A DNA stretch of 64,000 bases, taken from contig OX597817.1 in assembly GCA_951406725.2 (NCBI GenBank), positions 158,844,001 through 158,908,000 on the forward strand, given 5' to 3'. The stretch comes from Octopus vulgaris (taxonomy: Eukaryota). A model generated the notes under the pieces. The model was not told the DNA's origin and did not search any database. It was given only the letters and a program-made list of their open reading frames with translations. Within the stretch, counting starts at the first letter, position 1. Each line of letters starts with the position of its first letter. The position numbers and the translations under genes were made by a program. Below are positions 38,006 through 49,836 of the stretch, in pieces.

Positions 38006-40098
38006 ACAAAAGAAAATGTAAAAACAAACATTAACAACTAATAAATACACACACACGAGTGTATTTGGTGACTGAGTGTATTGTATTGTAAAGATCTCAT
38101 TTGTGACCATATGTGCATATGTAAATGTTTGTGCATGAGTGTATATATAAGGTATCTGTGCACAGATCTATAAGTCTACATAGGGTCTGCATGGTTCGTT
38201 ATTATACATTCCATTCCCGTGTGTAATTTTCAGCCGGACTTGGCCGTGTTGATACAGACATAACATTGTTAAATGTGACCACGTGTAATGCTTGCAAGCA
38301 CACACACACACACACACTCGTGTGTTACGTTAACTTATATGAAAGGCAGAACACAAGTGACCTTGAGGGTGCAACTAGATATTAAAAATAGCAGCTAAGG
38401 TGTGCAGGTGCGGTATGGACATGTGATATGAATACAGGGATGAGGAGTACTATTGAAAAGGGAACGTGTACTTCAGCAACATTTCAAGGAACAGAACTCT
38501 GTTTGTCTTAGTGTGGTTGTTTAACAACAGTTATTGCCCTTGCTTCTCATGACCGATTTCGGTAAAAAAAATGAACTTCAAAATTATAAAACGAGTATGT
38601 CTGTTCAAATGAGGTCATTGTCCACATTTTGCTTCGGCTTTTCTTTTCTGAATAAAATATAACAATTACAGCGTGGAAAACGGACTTTAAATGATGATGA
38701 TGTACGATTGTGCTATTAATTTGGAGTTTAACATTTGAGATTAATAACTCAGGCCATTTAGTTAATGCTTTTATTTAACAGCATCAAGTTACTACATATA
38801 TTGAAGCTCTTCAATCGATGGTTATAGATTCATTATCTGAGTGAAATTTAACAGAGGGGAAACTATGGGAGCTTTCAATTGTGACATTGATACCAGTAAT
38901 GTTCCACTTAAACTAGTATTTTTTTTTTGTCAACACTTGCAGGAAAAACATAAGCAAGAAAAGATTCCAGAAAGCCAATGTTCTAGGAAAGAAGAACTAA
39001 GTTTAATCCTTTAGCATTTAAACCGGCCATATCCTGCCAAAAGTATTCTGCCTGTTTTATGTTCAGCATGGCCAGATCTGGTCTCTCACACCAGCCCTAC
39101 AATATCGTTTTAAAAATTAGCAGTTACCTCATCAAAATCTCATAGCACCAAGATAATTCATGATTAGTTCAAAACAATTTGGATGAAAAAGCATTAATTT
39201 TGGCAGAATAATGTGAACACTAAAGGGTTAAGGGTTAATACAGGACTTGGTGGGAGGGAAAACAACATAAGTGATGAAAAGAGGAGAAAGGGTAGTTAAT
39301 CGAAGACCAACCAGCTTTTAGGAACAGAATCCATTATTATAGAAAAGGTAAAGAGAGGGGTTACATAATAGAAGAAAAGTGAATTCTACAAAACTGGTAC
39401 AGATTCTTTCAACAAGAGACCAGAAGGATCAACTGCAGTTTGGGAGATGGAGAAGTGAAAGATTCCTTGATGCATTACACAATGGCATCTTTTGTAGTTT
39501 GTGCAGAGAATAGAGTGAGAACTAGGATAGCATTTTTTATGATACCTACTTCAGCATCTTATGCATCTGACTTCAATACTGTGCCAGTGTCATGTAAAAA
39601 GCACCGATGCCAGTATCACATAAAAAGCACCTAAGGAGTGGTTGGAGATCACGCGGTCGTTAGCCTCAAATCGCCAGGTCTGGTTGGCATTTGTGAGAGA
39701 TGCAGCATTGAGGATGAATGATGCCAGCTCAACCCACCCCGGGTGAATGCTGTCTCAAGACAAGATACCTGTGCTGGTGTCACATAAAAAGCACCCATGC
39801 TGGTGCTGTGTAAAGAGTATCTGCACCAGTGTCATGGAAAAAGCTCCCACTACACTCTGTAAAATGGTTGGCATTAAGAAGGCATCCAGCTACATTCACC
39901 TACCTTGCATACATCCTATAACTATCAATAATTTAATTTGGTTTTGCCTGCTGGTCATACCTCCATCATTACCAAATTTGAAATGATTCTTTCACTTGAT
40001 CAGAACACCAGTAATATGTCCTTTGCCTTGTGCCAAAATTTTTTTGTTACACTCTTATATTAAATTTCAAACCTAATTTATTCACTGGATTCTTGTAG

Positions 40099-40269
40099 AA
40101 ATGCTTCATTCTCTGGAGTCTAAACTGCTGATGGAAGCTCTTCCTGTCAACTTGAATATTGATTCAGCCCCATTTCGACAGAATCTGGTCTCAGCACTGA
40201 AGAAATTGCTGATTAGAATCAGAGACAGTTGCTCCTCTTTGATGAAAACTCAAAATTTGAGCTCAATTG
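40099..40269 (+). CDS. THADA: THADA-like exon 13 (MLHSLESKLL...NLNIDSAPFRQ...RIRDS)
   Basis: tcttgtag| acceptor, G|gtaaac donor, phase 1 to 1; NLN..S..FRQ and RIRDS are THADA-like. Confidence 0.9.
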
Positions 40270-40410
40270 GTAAACATCTTTTTTAATTACCGTATTTCAA
40301 ATCTATTTATTAAACACTTTCATGTAACATCAAAGTGATTCTGCAATGACAGTATAAATGTTTCTACTTTATGTTTCTTTTTTTTTATTTTTATTTTTCT
40401 AATTGCTCAG

Positions 40411-40572
40411 ATCATTCCATTGAATTTGTGGACTGGTTACACAGGTTGTGCACTGAAAACCTTGTCCCAGGTTCAAACTTCCAGCGACGCAAGATGTGTT
40501 TGGAAATATTGAATGTCATCTATGAAGTATTTGTTCTGCCTGATCTTAGTTACAAAAGGAAATCTTTTGTAG
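40411..40572 (+). CDS. THADA: THADA-like exon 14 (HSIEFVDWL...LVPGSNFQRRKMCLEIL...)
   Basis: tgctcag| acceptor, G|gtatga donor, phase 1 to 1. Confidence 0.9.
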
Positions 40573-42076
40573 GTATGAAGCAATTTCATTTTTCTTTCTG
40601 ATATATTTGACTGCATAAAAGATGCACCACAATCTCAGCAGTGCACATTCAGGAACTTGGATGACATTTCTAGTATGCTGCAGGATCACATAAAGGCTTC
40701 CTCCTTGACTTGTTAAACATTATTTTGCCTAGCTTTAAGTAGGCACCACATGTGGTGGTATATAATTCATCTCTCATCATCATCATCATCATTTAACGTC
40801 CGCTTTCCATGCTAGCATGGGTTGGACGATTTGACTGATGTCTGGCGAACCAGACTCCAATCTGATCTGGCAGAGTTTCTACAGCTGGATGCCCTTCCTA
40901 ACGCCAACCACTCCAAGAGTGTAGTGAGTGCTTTTACATGCCACCGGCACAAGGGCCAGTTTGGTGGTACTGGCAACAGCCACGCCCAAATGGTGCTTTT
41001 TATGTGCCACCTGCATAGGAGCCAGTCCAGCAGCACTGGCAACGACCTCGCTCGAATGTTTCACATGCCACCAGCACAAGTGCTAGTAAGGCAACACAAC
41101 AACAGCAATAATAACTGCAGTTTGGAATTGATGAGTGATTCATCAGCTTTTAATATTGGGTTCAATTCTTTAAGCAGGGCAAATTATCTGTGAATAGACC
41201 AACATCTTTCCAGAGACAAATTTGTCACTTGTCCATGAAATTTTGTTATCTGGGCAAGTAACTAACTTGTTATAGCATTGGTTGTTAAGTAGTACTAGTT
41301 ATCTCTTCTATAATATACTAATGACATGGAGTTGATCAATATTTTAAGGTGGCAGAAGAGGCAGTGTTATAGTGTTAGGTGTGATGGACTGTAATATAAG
41401 AGTGGTGGACTGTAGCTGAGTGTGGTGGTATATACCATGGTAAAGTGTGGTGTAGAAAAATGCAATGTGGTAGGATGTGATAGGTAGTTTGTGGAATCCT
41501 GTTTCAAGACCCATGGATTTAGGCAGTCTTCTGCTGTTCAACTCTCTTGAGAGTTTCCTACCATTAGTGAACAGGTGTTACAAGCAATTCTCCACTGTAC
41601 TCTGATTTGCTAGAAATCAGTATCAAATGGTGTATAAAGGCAGTAGTAGGAATGATTGAGAAGTGAATTAAATGTTGTGTGGTATTTAGTCCAAGTGTTT
41701 AAGGTATCAATTTGGGAGTTCAGGAGTTTTGGAGAGAATAGAGGCAGCTCTTTGTCACCACTTCTATCTGGCCCACTCTGACCTCCCCCGAGAGTAGTAG
41801 CGCTTGTCAAAGGCCTCAGTTATGGGTCAAGTAGCAGAGTCCTGTGAGTAAAGCATACAGGACTTGGAAAAGAGCTGTCCCTGAGACATGTGTCACAGTG
41901 ACCCACTGGTGTGTAGACATGCTCTGATGTCATGTGAGCCTGTCCCTCTTTCTAGGGATTAAACGGACCCTCTGCCTCAAATATAATTTTTGGAGAGTTG
42001 GAGACTAGCAGAGTAAGCTGTAAATAGACTGGTAGAAATCAGCAGGAAATCACTGGTCTATCTTTCTCAAGAAAAA

Positions 42077-42445
42077 TCCACATGGTTCCGGGTTCAGTCC
42101 CACTGCGTGACACTTTGGGCAAGTGTCTTCTACTATAGCCTCGGGGCGACTAAAGCCTTGTGAGTGGATTTGGTAGATGGAAACTGAAAGAAGTCCGTCG
42201 TATATATGTATATATATGTACGTGTGTGTTTATGTTTGTGTGTCTGTGTTTGTCCCCCCAACATTGCTTGACCACTGATGCTGGTGTGTTTACGTCCTCG
42301 TAACTTAGCGGTTCGGCAAAAGAGACCGATAGAATAAGTACTAGGCTTACAAAGAATAAGTCCTGGGGTCAGTTTGCTCAACTAAAGGTGGTGCTCAAGC
42401 ATGGCCACAGTCAAATGACTGAAACAAGTAAATGGGTAAAAGAGT
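42077..42445 (+). mobile_element. SINE family A, 5'-truncated
   Basis: Starts at CCACATGGTTCCGGGTTCAGTCCC and runs to the tail. Confidence 0.83.
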
Positions 42446-42986
42446 AATCACTTTAGTATGGAGATCCATTATTGTCAATACTATAACAAATAGTACATAA
42501 AAAGAGAGAAGTATTTAGTTGTGGCTCTTTCTGTTGAAATCCTGTCAGGATCAACTATACTTTCATTCTTTCAGGGATTGATGTTCGTAAAATAAATACT
42601 AGCCAAGTACCAAAGTTGGTTTAATTTGCTATTCTTTGCTACCTTGGACAATGTGTTAGAAATCATGGGAGCAAGTTATCATGCATTTTGTATTTTCTTT
42701 TTTCAGTGGGTTTTTATCTTCCCAGTTGCTAAATATGTGATTAGTTAACTATATTTTAACTGTTTAAAAACACACTAAAATTGTTGTATTAACTTTTCTT
42801 ATTTCTAAAATTTAGTTATAATTTGGCTTGATCAGGCTAGAATTGTTCATCTACAATGTTTCAACACATAATCTCGGATCAAGTCACTTGCCAAAGAAGC
42901 ATAACTCTGAGATAACTTAAACGAGGCTTTTAATTTTAATTAATTAATTTTTCCCATTATTTTTTTTTTTTTTTTTTTTTTTTCAG

Positions 42987-43099
42987 ATTCTTTGAAAAAA
43001 TTGATTACTTTTGCTCAGCAAGAAAAAGAGTTATGGGACTTTACATCGTCAATGTCATTTGTGTCTATTTTACTTTGTATCTTAGATGGTACTGATGAG
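42987..43099 (+). CDS. THADA: THADA-like exon 15 (SLKKLITFAQQEKELWDF...LDGTDE)
   Basis: long poly-T + cag| acceptor, GAG|gtaagc donor, phase 1 to 0. Confidence 0.87.
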
Positions 43100-43154
43100 G
43101 TAAGCACATTTTCATTCAGTTTCGTTAGTGAATGACTTCTTTCGTATTGAATTA

Positions 43155-43549
43155 CAATATATAAAAGTCAAGTTGTGTGTCTGTCTCCTACGATTTAGAT
43201 TCCTAACTACTCCCACATTTTGCGGTGCAGTTTAACCAAAACCGGGTATCTTATAGTCGTGATTCATATCGAGCCCTTCTGGGTATTAGCGCGCGTCTAC
43301 GATGAGTGTACGATTTAAAAAAAAATTACCATCATTTTTTTCCATTTTAATGCATTTTTTTCGCTATTATATAAGGGAAGTAACTCTCTAAAAATGTCTA
43401 CGATGAGTCAACGATTTAAAAAAAAATTTACCATCATTTTTTTTCCATTTTTAATGCATTTTTTTGCTATTTTTTTGCTATAACTCTCTAAAAATGCTTA
43501 TATAGTTATTTCCCTTACAAACCCGAAGAACGCCGGGCGATACTGCTAG
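43155..43549 (+). mobile_element. Non-autonomous Helitron-like element
   Basis: 3' end CCCGAAGAACGCCGGG hairpin followed by CTAG|T; no TIR or TSD; internal ~100-bp tandem duplication (43296-43490). Confidence 0.7.
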
Positions 43550-44269
43550 TTTGATATATATAACATATCACCATAGTTAGTGTATGGATATATTTAACTC
43601 TCCATGTTAGAGAACCATGCATCTTCATAATTTTCTGGTATAATTCTTTTATGTTTTACTTGTTTCAGTCATTAGACTGCGACTTGTAGGCTTGTAGTCA
43701 AACAGACACTTAGTTTTACAGTCTGGTACTTATTCTATTGATCTCCTTTGCTGAACTGCTATGCTACAGGGATATAAGCAAACCAACACCAGGCGTTAAT
43801 TGGTAGCACTGGGGACAAACACAGGCACAAAGACACATACACACATGTATGTGTGTTTGTGTTTGTCCCCTCACCACTTGACAACTGCTGTTGGTTTGTT
43901 TACATCCCACTAAATTGGTAGTTCAGTAAAAAAAAAAAACTGATATGATTAGTACCAGCTTAAAAAAGAAATAAGCACTGGGAGGTGATTTACTTGACTA
44001 AAAATCCTTCAAGGCAGTGCCCCAGCATGGCCACAGTCCAATGACTGAAACTAGTAAAACAATAAAAAATAAAAGATACGTTATTGGTTGAATTGATTTT
44101 CTAGTAGTTTGCTGTTGACCCCCAAAGACAGAGTAAATTCCTGCTGGATTTGAACTATGAACATAAACACAAAACTGCAAGACAGAAATTGTCTAGTCTT
44201 CTATAGTTACCACTATTCCACCATTTGTATTGAGAGTAAATATTAATGAATCACATCCAGGAACTATCT

Positions 44270-44484
44270 AAGGCGGTGAGCTGGCAGAAACATTAGCACA
44301 CCAGGCGAAATGCATAGCCATATTTTGTCTGCCGTTACATTCTGAGTTCAAATTCCACCAAGGTCGACTTTGCCTTTCATCCTTTCGGGGTTAATAAATT
44401 AAGTACCATGTAATCGACTTAATCCGTTTGTCTGTCCGTGTTTGTCCCCTCTGTGTTTAGCCCCTTGTGGGTAGTAAAGAAATA
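44270..44484 (+). mobile_element. SINE family B monomer just upstream of exon 16
   Basis: AAGGCGGTGAGCTGGCAGAAAC...GTGGGTAGTAAAGAAATA. Confidence 0.85.
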
Positions 44485-44518
44485 TATATAAAGATAGATG
44501 TTTCTGTTTCTTCCTTAG

Positions 44519-44697
44519 GTAAGAGAACTTGCTGCAGATATATTAGAGAAATACTTTGACTGGAGCCCTAAATATCTGTCAAGTTCGAAGAAAAATCTTC
44601 CAGCCCACCTTCTGAGTGAAGCTCTTTGTTTGTGTAACAGTCCTCGACATCCAGATTGTCTCAGTGGTAGTTTGCTTTGCAAGTTGGTCTTCTGCAA
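44519..44697 (+). CDS. THADA: THADA-like exon 16 (VRELAADILEKYF...NSPRHPDCLSGSLLCKLVFC)
   Basis: ttccttag| acceptor, AA|gtgagt donor, phase 0 to 2. Confidence 0.88.
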
Positions 44698-44759
44698 GTG
44701 AGTAATAATATACTGTCATCTTCTTTTATTTACGCGAGTAATGCTAATGTAATAATATA

Positions 44760-46549
44760 ATCATCATCATCGTTTAACGTCCGTTCTCCATGCTAGCATG
44801 GGTTGGACGGTTCGACCGGGGATCTGGGAAGCCAGAAGGCTGCACCAGGCTCCGGTCTTATCTGGCAATGTTTCTACAGCTGGATGCCCTTCCTAACGCC
44901 AACCACTCCATGAGTGTAGTGGGTGCTTTTTACGTGCCACCTGCACTGGAGCCAGGCGAGGCTGGCATCGGCCTCGGTCGGATTGGTGCATTTTACGTGC
45001 CACCTGCATGGAAGCCAGTCGAGGCGGCACTGGCTTCGGCTACGATTCGGATGGTGCTTTTTACGTGCCACCGACACGGAAGCCAGTCGAGGCGGCGCTG
45101 GCATCGGCCACAATTTGGATAGTGCTTTTTACGTATCTCCAGTCCAGGGGTCCTGGCATCTGCCAGTCATAGGATTGGTTCAATTTCGATTCCAATTTCA
45201 CTTGCCCCAACAGGTCTTCGCAGGCATAGGTGCCTGTCGTCGGATGAGGTTCGATATCGACTTTGCTTGCCGCAACAGGTCTTTGTGTGTCCAAGGGAGG
45301 AAAGGCATGCATAAGTGGGCTGGACTCACTTGTCCTGCCTGGTCTTTTCACGCACAGCATATTTCCAAAGGTCTTGGTTGCAGGTCATTTCCTCAGTGAG
45401 ACCTAAAGTTCGAAGGTCGTGCTTCACCACCTCGTCCCAAGTTTTCCTGGGTCTACCTCTTCCACGGGTTCCCTCCACTGCTAGGGATTAGCACTTTTTC
45501 ACACACCTATCTTTATCCATTCTCGCCACATGACCATACCAGCGCAATCGTCTCTCTTGCACACCACAACTGATGCTCCTTAGGTCCAACATTTCTCTCA
45601 GGGTACTAACGCTCTGTTGAGCATGCACACTGACATTACACATCCATCGGAGCATACTGGCTTCATTTCTCGCGAGCTTACGCATGTCCTCAGCAGTCAC
45701 GGCCCATGTTTCACTGCCATGTAGCATGGCTGTTCATACACATGCATCATACAGTCTGCCTTTTACTCTGAGCGAGAGGCCTTTAGTCACCAGCAGAGGT
45801 AAGAGCTCCCTAAACTTTGTCCAGGCTATTCTTACTCTAGCCATTACACTTTCAGCACACCCACCCCCTACTACTGACTTGGTCACCAAGATAACGGAAG
45901 CTATCAACTACTTCTAGTTTTTCCCCCTGGAAAGTGACGGAAGTTGTTTTCTGCAGATTTTCAGAGGTTAATGCTCCCGAGCATCTGCCACATACGAAAA
46001 CTATCTTCCCAGTTAGCCTTCCTTTGACATTGCTGCACCTCTTATGTGTCCATAGCTTACACTGGGTACATCTTATAGAGTTTCTACCTACACCTTTTCT
46101 ACAGATCGAGCAGGCCCATCTTCCTGAAAACATTTGTGGATTGTCTACCTTCCTACTTATTAGTACTTTGGTTTTAGCTAGGTTGACTCTAAGGCCCCTC
46201 GATTCTAGACCCTCCTTCCACACCTGGAACTTCTCCTCCAGTTCTGATAGTGACTCAGCAATTAGAGCAAGGTAGTCAGCATATAGGAGCTCCCAGGGGC
46301 AACCTGTCTTGAATTCCTCCACAATTGCCTGGAGGACTATGATAAATAGGAGGGGGCTGAGTACTGAACCCTGGTGGACCCCAACCTCTACTTTGAATTC
46401 TTCTGTGTACATGTTGCCAACCCTAACCTTACTTACGGCATCCCTGTACATGGCTTGCACAGCCCTCACCAGCCATTCATCTATCCCTAGTTTCCTCATT
46501 GACCACCAGATAAGGGATCGGGGGACCCTGTCAAAGGCTTTCTCCATGT
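44760..46549 (-). mobile_element. 5'-truncated, degenerate RTE-clade LINE whose 3' UTR is repeat family C
   Basis: DMEKAFDRVPR, GVHQGSVLSP, YADY (mutated YADD), FRYLG, HGSETW, RRLRWYGHVAR, GRGRPRKTW; frameshift near 45870 and stop at 45488; (GAT)n tail. Confidence 0.9.
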
Positions 46550-47020
46550 CAATGAAATTATTGTATACAGTGCTCAAGTGCACCACAACTTGTCAAAAGT
46601 GCATATAAAGCATATGCAGTAATGTACAAATGTCTGGAAAGTGAACAGTGTACAAGTCAGATACAGGCTTGCGTGTGTATGGAGGGGAGAAAATCAGGTG
46701 TAGTGTTGGCGAATCTCAGGAAGCATGGAAATTTTGAAGGATGCAGTGCTCTGACAACTAACAACTGATACCGGCAGTCTGTTCCATGCTTCAGCAACTC
46801 TCAGGGTGAAAAAATGTTTCCGAAAGTCATGGGAGCTGTGCTGTTTTCTGACTTTGTAAACATGTCCATGGGTGTTAGACAGGTGGAGTTTGAAAAGGTG
46901 CTCAGAGTTATTGTTTGTAAGATGGTTAATAATTTTATGTGCTTCTGCGAAGTCAGCTGCCAGACGTCGGAGTTTCAATGTATCCATGTCTAGGGAAGTA
47001 AGGCGTTCAGAATATGGCAA
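46550..47020 (-). mobile_element. CR1-clade LINE 3' fragment abutting the RTE 5' end
   Basis: PYSERL...RKHFFTLRVAEAWNRLP; 3' UTR matches 23149-23410. Confidence 0.88.
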
Positions 47021-48069
47021 ACTATCATCTCATAGATCAAAAGTTCAAATTAACTGTTGTTGGGGGAAGACACTTACCATATTTACTCATAAGTTGCACT
47101 ATTTCATGCTTAATTTTAACAGCAAAAAAACTGGGATGGGACTTATACACAGGGAAAAGTTAAAACTGTGAAGGGAAAAAATTTTGTTCCAAGATTTAAC
47201 AGTACATTAGAGGTGTGATTTATACATGAGAAAATTCACTAATTAACTGTTGTTGGGGGAAGACACTGTACCATATGTTACTGTAGCATAAGTTGCACGA
47301 GGAAGTTTCATGCTTAATTTATTTCATAAACCCAGTAAATGCAAATCCCTTCTAATCCCTGATAGCTTTTTAAGGGTTAGTACTTAATTATATTTTCATG
47401 AGGGTTAAACAGATAAATCTTCTCTGGATAAGAAACCATTCTTTTGAAGTAATAGTGCCAGATGACCTGGAACCTATTCCCAACACCTGATTGAACTGAA
47501 ATGGTATAGAATAAAGTGTTTTGAATGGATTTGATCGTACACTCCATAAAGACCTAGCCCAACACCGTATCCACTCTGCACTTTCACTCCCTTCTTCATG
47601 TTGAGAACATAATAATACTAGTTCTAAATTAAAATAGCCATCCATATATCATACTTAATGCATATACACTGTTGCTAGGCCTTTTACTATTGTATTTGTC
47701 CTGAGATAAAATCTTTTATAGACATGCTGTTTTAAAAACATGATAAATATTTTAGCGTCTTGGAGGGGAGCCTTTTCAGTAGCTTGTACTCACAGCCAGC
47801 CACATGATCAGATGAGAACCCATCACCTCCAATATAGGAAACAGTGAATAAAACATTCATTAATGTTGTGATTAGCTTCTTGACTGAATAAAAATTCAGT
47901 ATGAAGTAGTATTTACTTAGCCTAACACCTTATCACCTCTGCACTTTCACTCCCTTCTTCATGTTGGGAACATAATAATACTAGTTCACTGTTGCTAGGC
48001 CTTCTACTATAGTATTTGTCCTGAGATAACATTTTTTATAGACATGCTGTTTTAAAAACATGATAAATA

Positions 48070-48290
48070 TTGGAGAGAGGTAAAAAGCCTAGCCAGGCTT
48101 ATGGGCTCGGTTTCAATGGCGTATGTGTTCCCCAGCTGGACGGGACGCCAGTCCATCGCAGCTGCGTGGACTGGAGCAACGTGGAATGAAGTGTTTTGTT
48201 CAAGAACACAACGCATCACCCAGTCCTGAATCGAAACCACAATCTTACGATCATGATGCTGACACCCTAACCACTAAGCCATGTGCCTCC
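48070..48290 (-). mobile_element. tRNA-derived CORE-like SINE
   Basis: Minus strand TGGCTTAGTGG A box, GGTTTCGATTC B box, GTGTTCTTGAACAAAACACTT motif. Confidence 0.72.
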
Positions 48291-48464
48291 ATGTGTTCTT
48301 ATATTGGATGTTTCTGACTGTGAGTATGTGCTACATCATCTGCCTTCCTTCTTAGTCACTAACCAATAGTCCTCTGTCTTCCAATGTTTTGCATTTCACT
48401 CCATCCACACCAATATTTTACTTCCAAACACATTAGTCACTGTGTCATTATGTTTTCGTTGCAG

Positions 48465-48655
48465 GGTTATAGCTGACCAGAAGAGATACTTCACAATCCA
48501 TTCTGTTAGTCGTATGTACGAAGTTGAGGAAACAACACCATCTGAATTGCCCAGCACTCTGTATTTCATGCGTTCCTTATTGAAACAGATAGAACTCGGA
48601 CTCTCTGCTGCCACACAGAATCCTGTGGTAGCATCAAAAGAGAAATCTCTTCATG
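48465..48655 (+). CDS. THADA: THADA-like exon 17 (VIADQKRYF...ASKEKSLH)
   Basis: tcgttgcag| acceptor, G|gtatta donor, phase 2 to 1. Confidence 0.85.
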
Positions 48656-48684
48656 GTATTAACTTGTTTCTTTTTTTATTATAT

Positions 48685-49012
48685 TTACGGAGATATACTT
48701 GCATAGTGAGTGACTTGATCTGAGATTGTGTGCTGGAACGAAAACAATTGCAGCAGGGAAGGTGTTTGTAAGCCATTTAAGAAACACACAAAAATCTTTA
48801 GATTCACTTCAACATCTAAATTTAGTTTGTCAAAATATTTTCGTCGCTTTGAGACCGCGACCTGTTCACTGGTACAACTTTGTGCTAACAGGTCGCGGTC
48901 TGAAAGCGACGAAAATACTTTGACAAATTAAATTTGAATGTTGAAGTGAATCTAATGGTTTTTGTGTGTTTCTTAAATGGCTTATAAACACCTTCCACGC
49001 TGCAATTGTTTT
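48685..49012. mobile_element. 126-bp inverted repeat (20-nt spacer), Penelope-like fragment with hammerhead-like motif
   Basis: Arms 48741-48866 / 48887-49012; minus strand of left arm reads CA-GTGAACA-G-GTCGC..GCGAC-GAAA-ATAT-TT-TGACAAA. Confidence 0.6.
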
Positions 49013-49836
49013 TTATTATAGTCTTCTATTTACTAATATTAATGGCATAATGTTTTTTTTTTCTGATAACGATAAGGTACAGGTATGACTGTGTAGTTAA
49101 GAAGCTTGCTTCTTAACTGTGTGGATTTGATAGATGAAAACTGGAAGAACCTGTCATGTGTGTGTGTGCACTGTTGTCTTGTGATCATGTGATGGTTGTA
49201 GATGAGCAGCATCTTCAGTGGAGGCGCAATGGCCCTGTGGTCAGGGCAGTGGACTCGTGGTCGGAGGATCGCGGTTTTGATTCCCAGACCTGGCGTTGTG
49301 TGTGTTTATTGAGCGTAAACACCTAAAGCTCCACAAGGCTCCGGCAGGGGGTGGTGGCGACCCCTGTTGTACTCTTTGGCCCCAACTTTCTCTCATTCTA
49401 TCTTCCTGTTTCTTGTCCCCGACTTCCTACACAACCGCTGAGCCTGGATGCACATTCATCCATCCGTCGATGCTCTCGGTGTCGGGGGTTGACCTGCTTT
49501 CTCTTCTGCGGGTCTTACGAATAACAAAGGACCACGTTTCGGACTTCTCCCATCTTGCGAGCTCTGGGGCGAAGACCGTTCGCTCAACAGCAGTGTCTTC
49601 ATACAAATGAGAGTTTTTGTTTCTTTCAATGAAAAACATGTTTGGCCATGTTGAAATATGACCTTACTTGGAAACAGGTAAGAGTTGGTGACAGCAAGGG
49701 CATCCAGCTGTAGAAAATCTGCCTCAACAAATTCTTTCTGAACTATGCAGGCATGGAAAAGTGGATGCTAAATAATGATGACGATGATGATAATGATTGT
49801 CATCATCATCATCATTTAATGCCAGCCATTTTACAG

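Noticed and set aside
41344-42060. Possible degenerate retroelement or hidden gene on the minus strand
   Set aside because: Looks non-random, but I could not read a convincing motif or a sustained frame.
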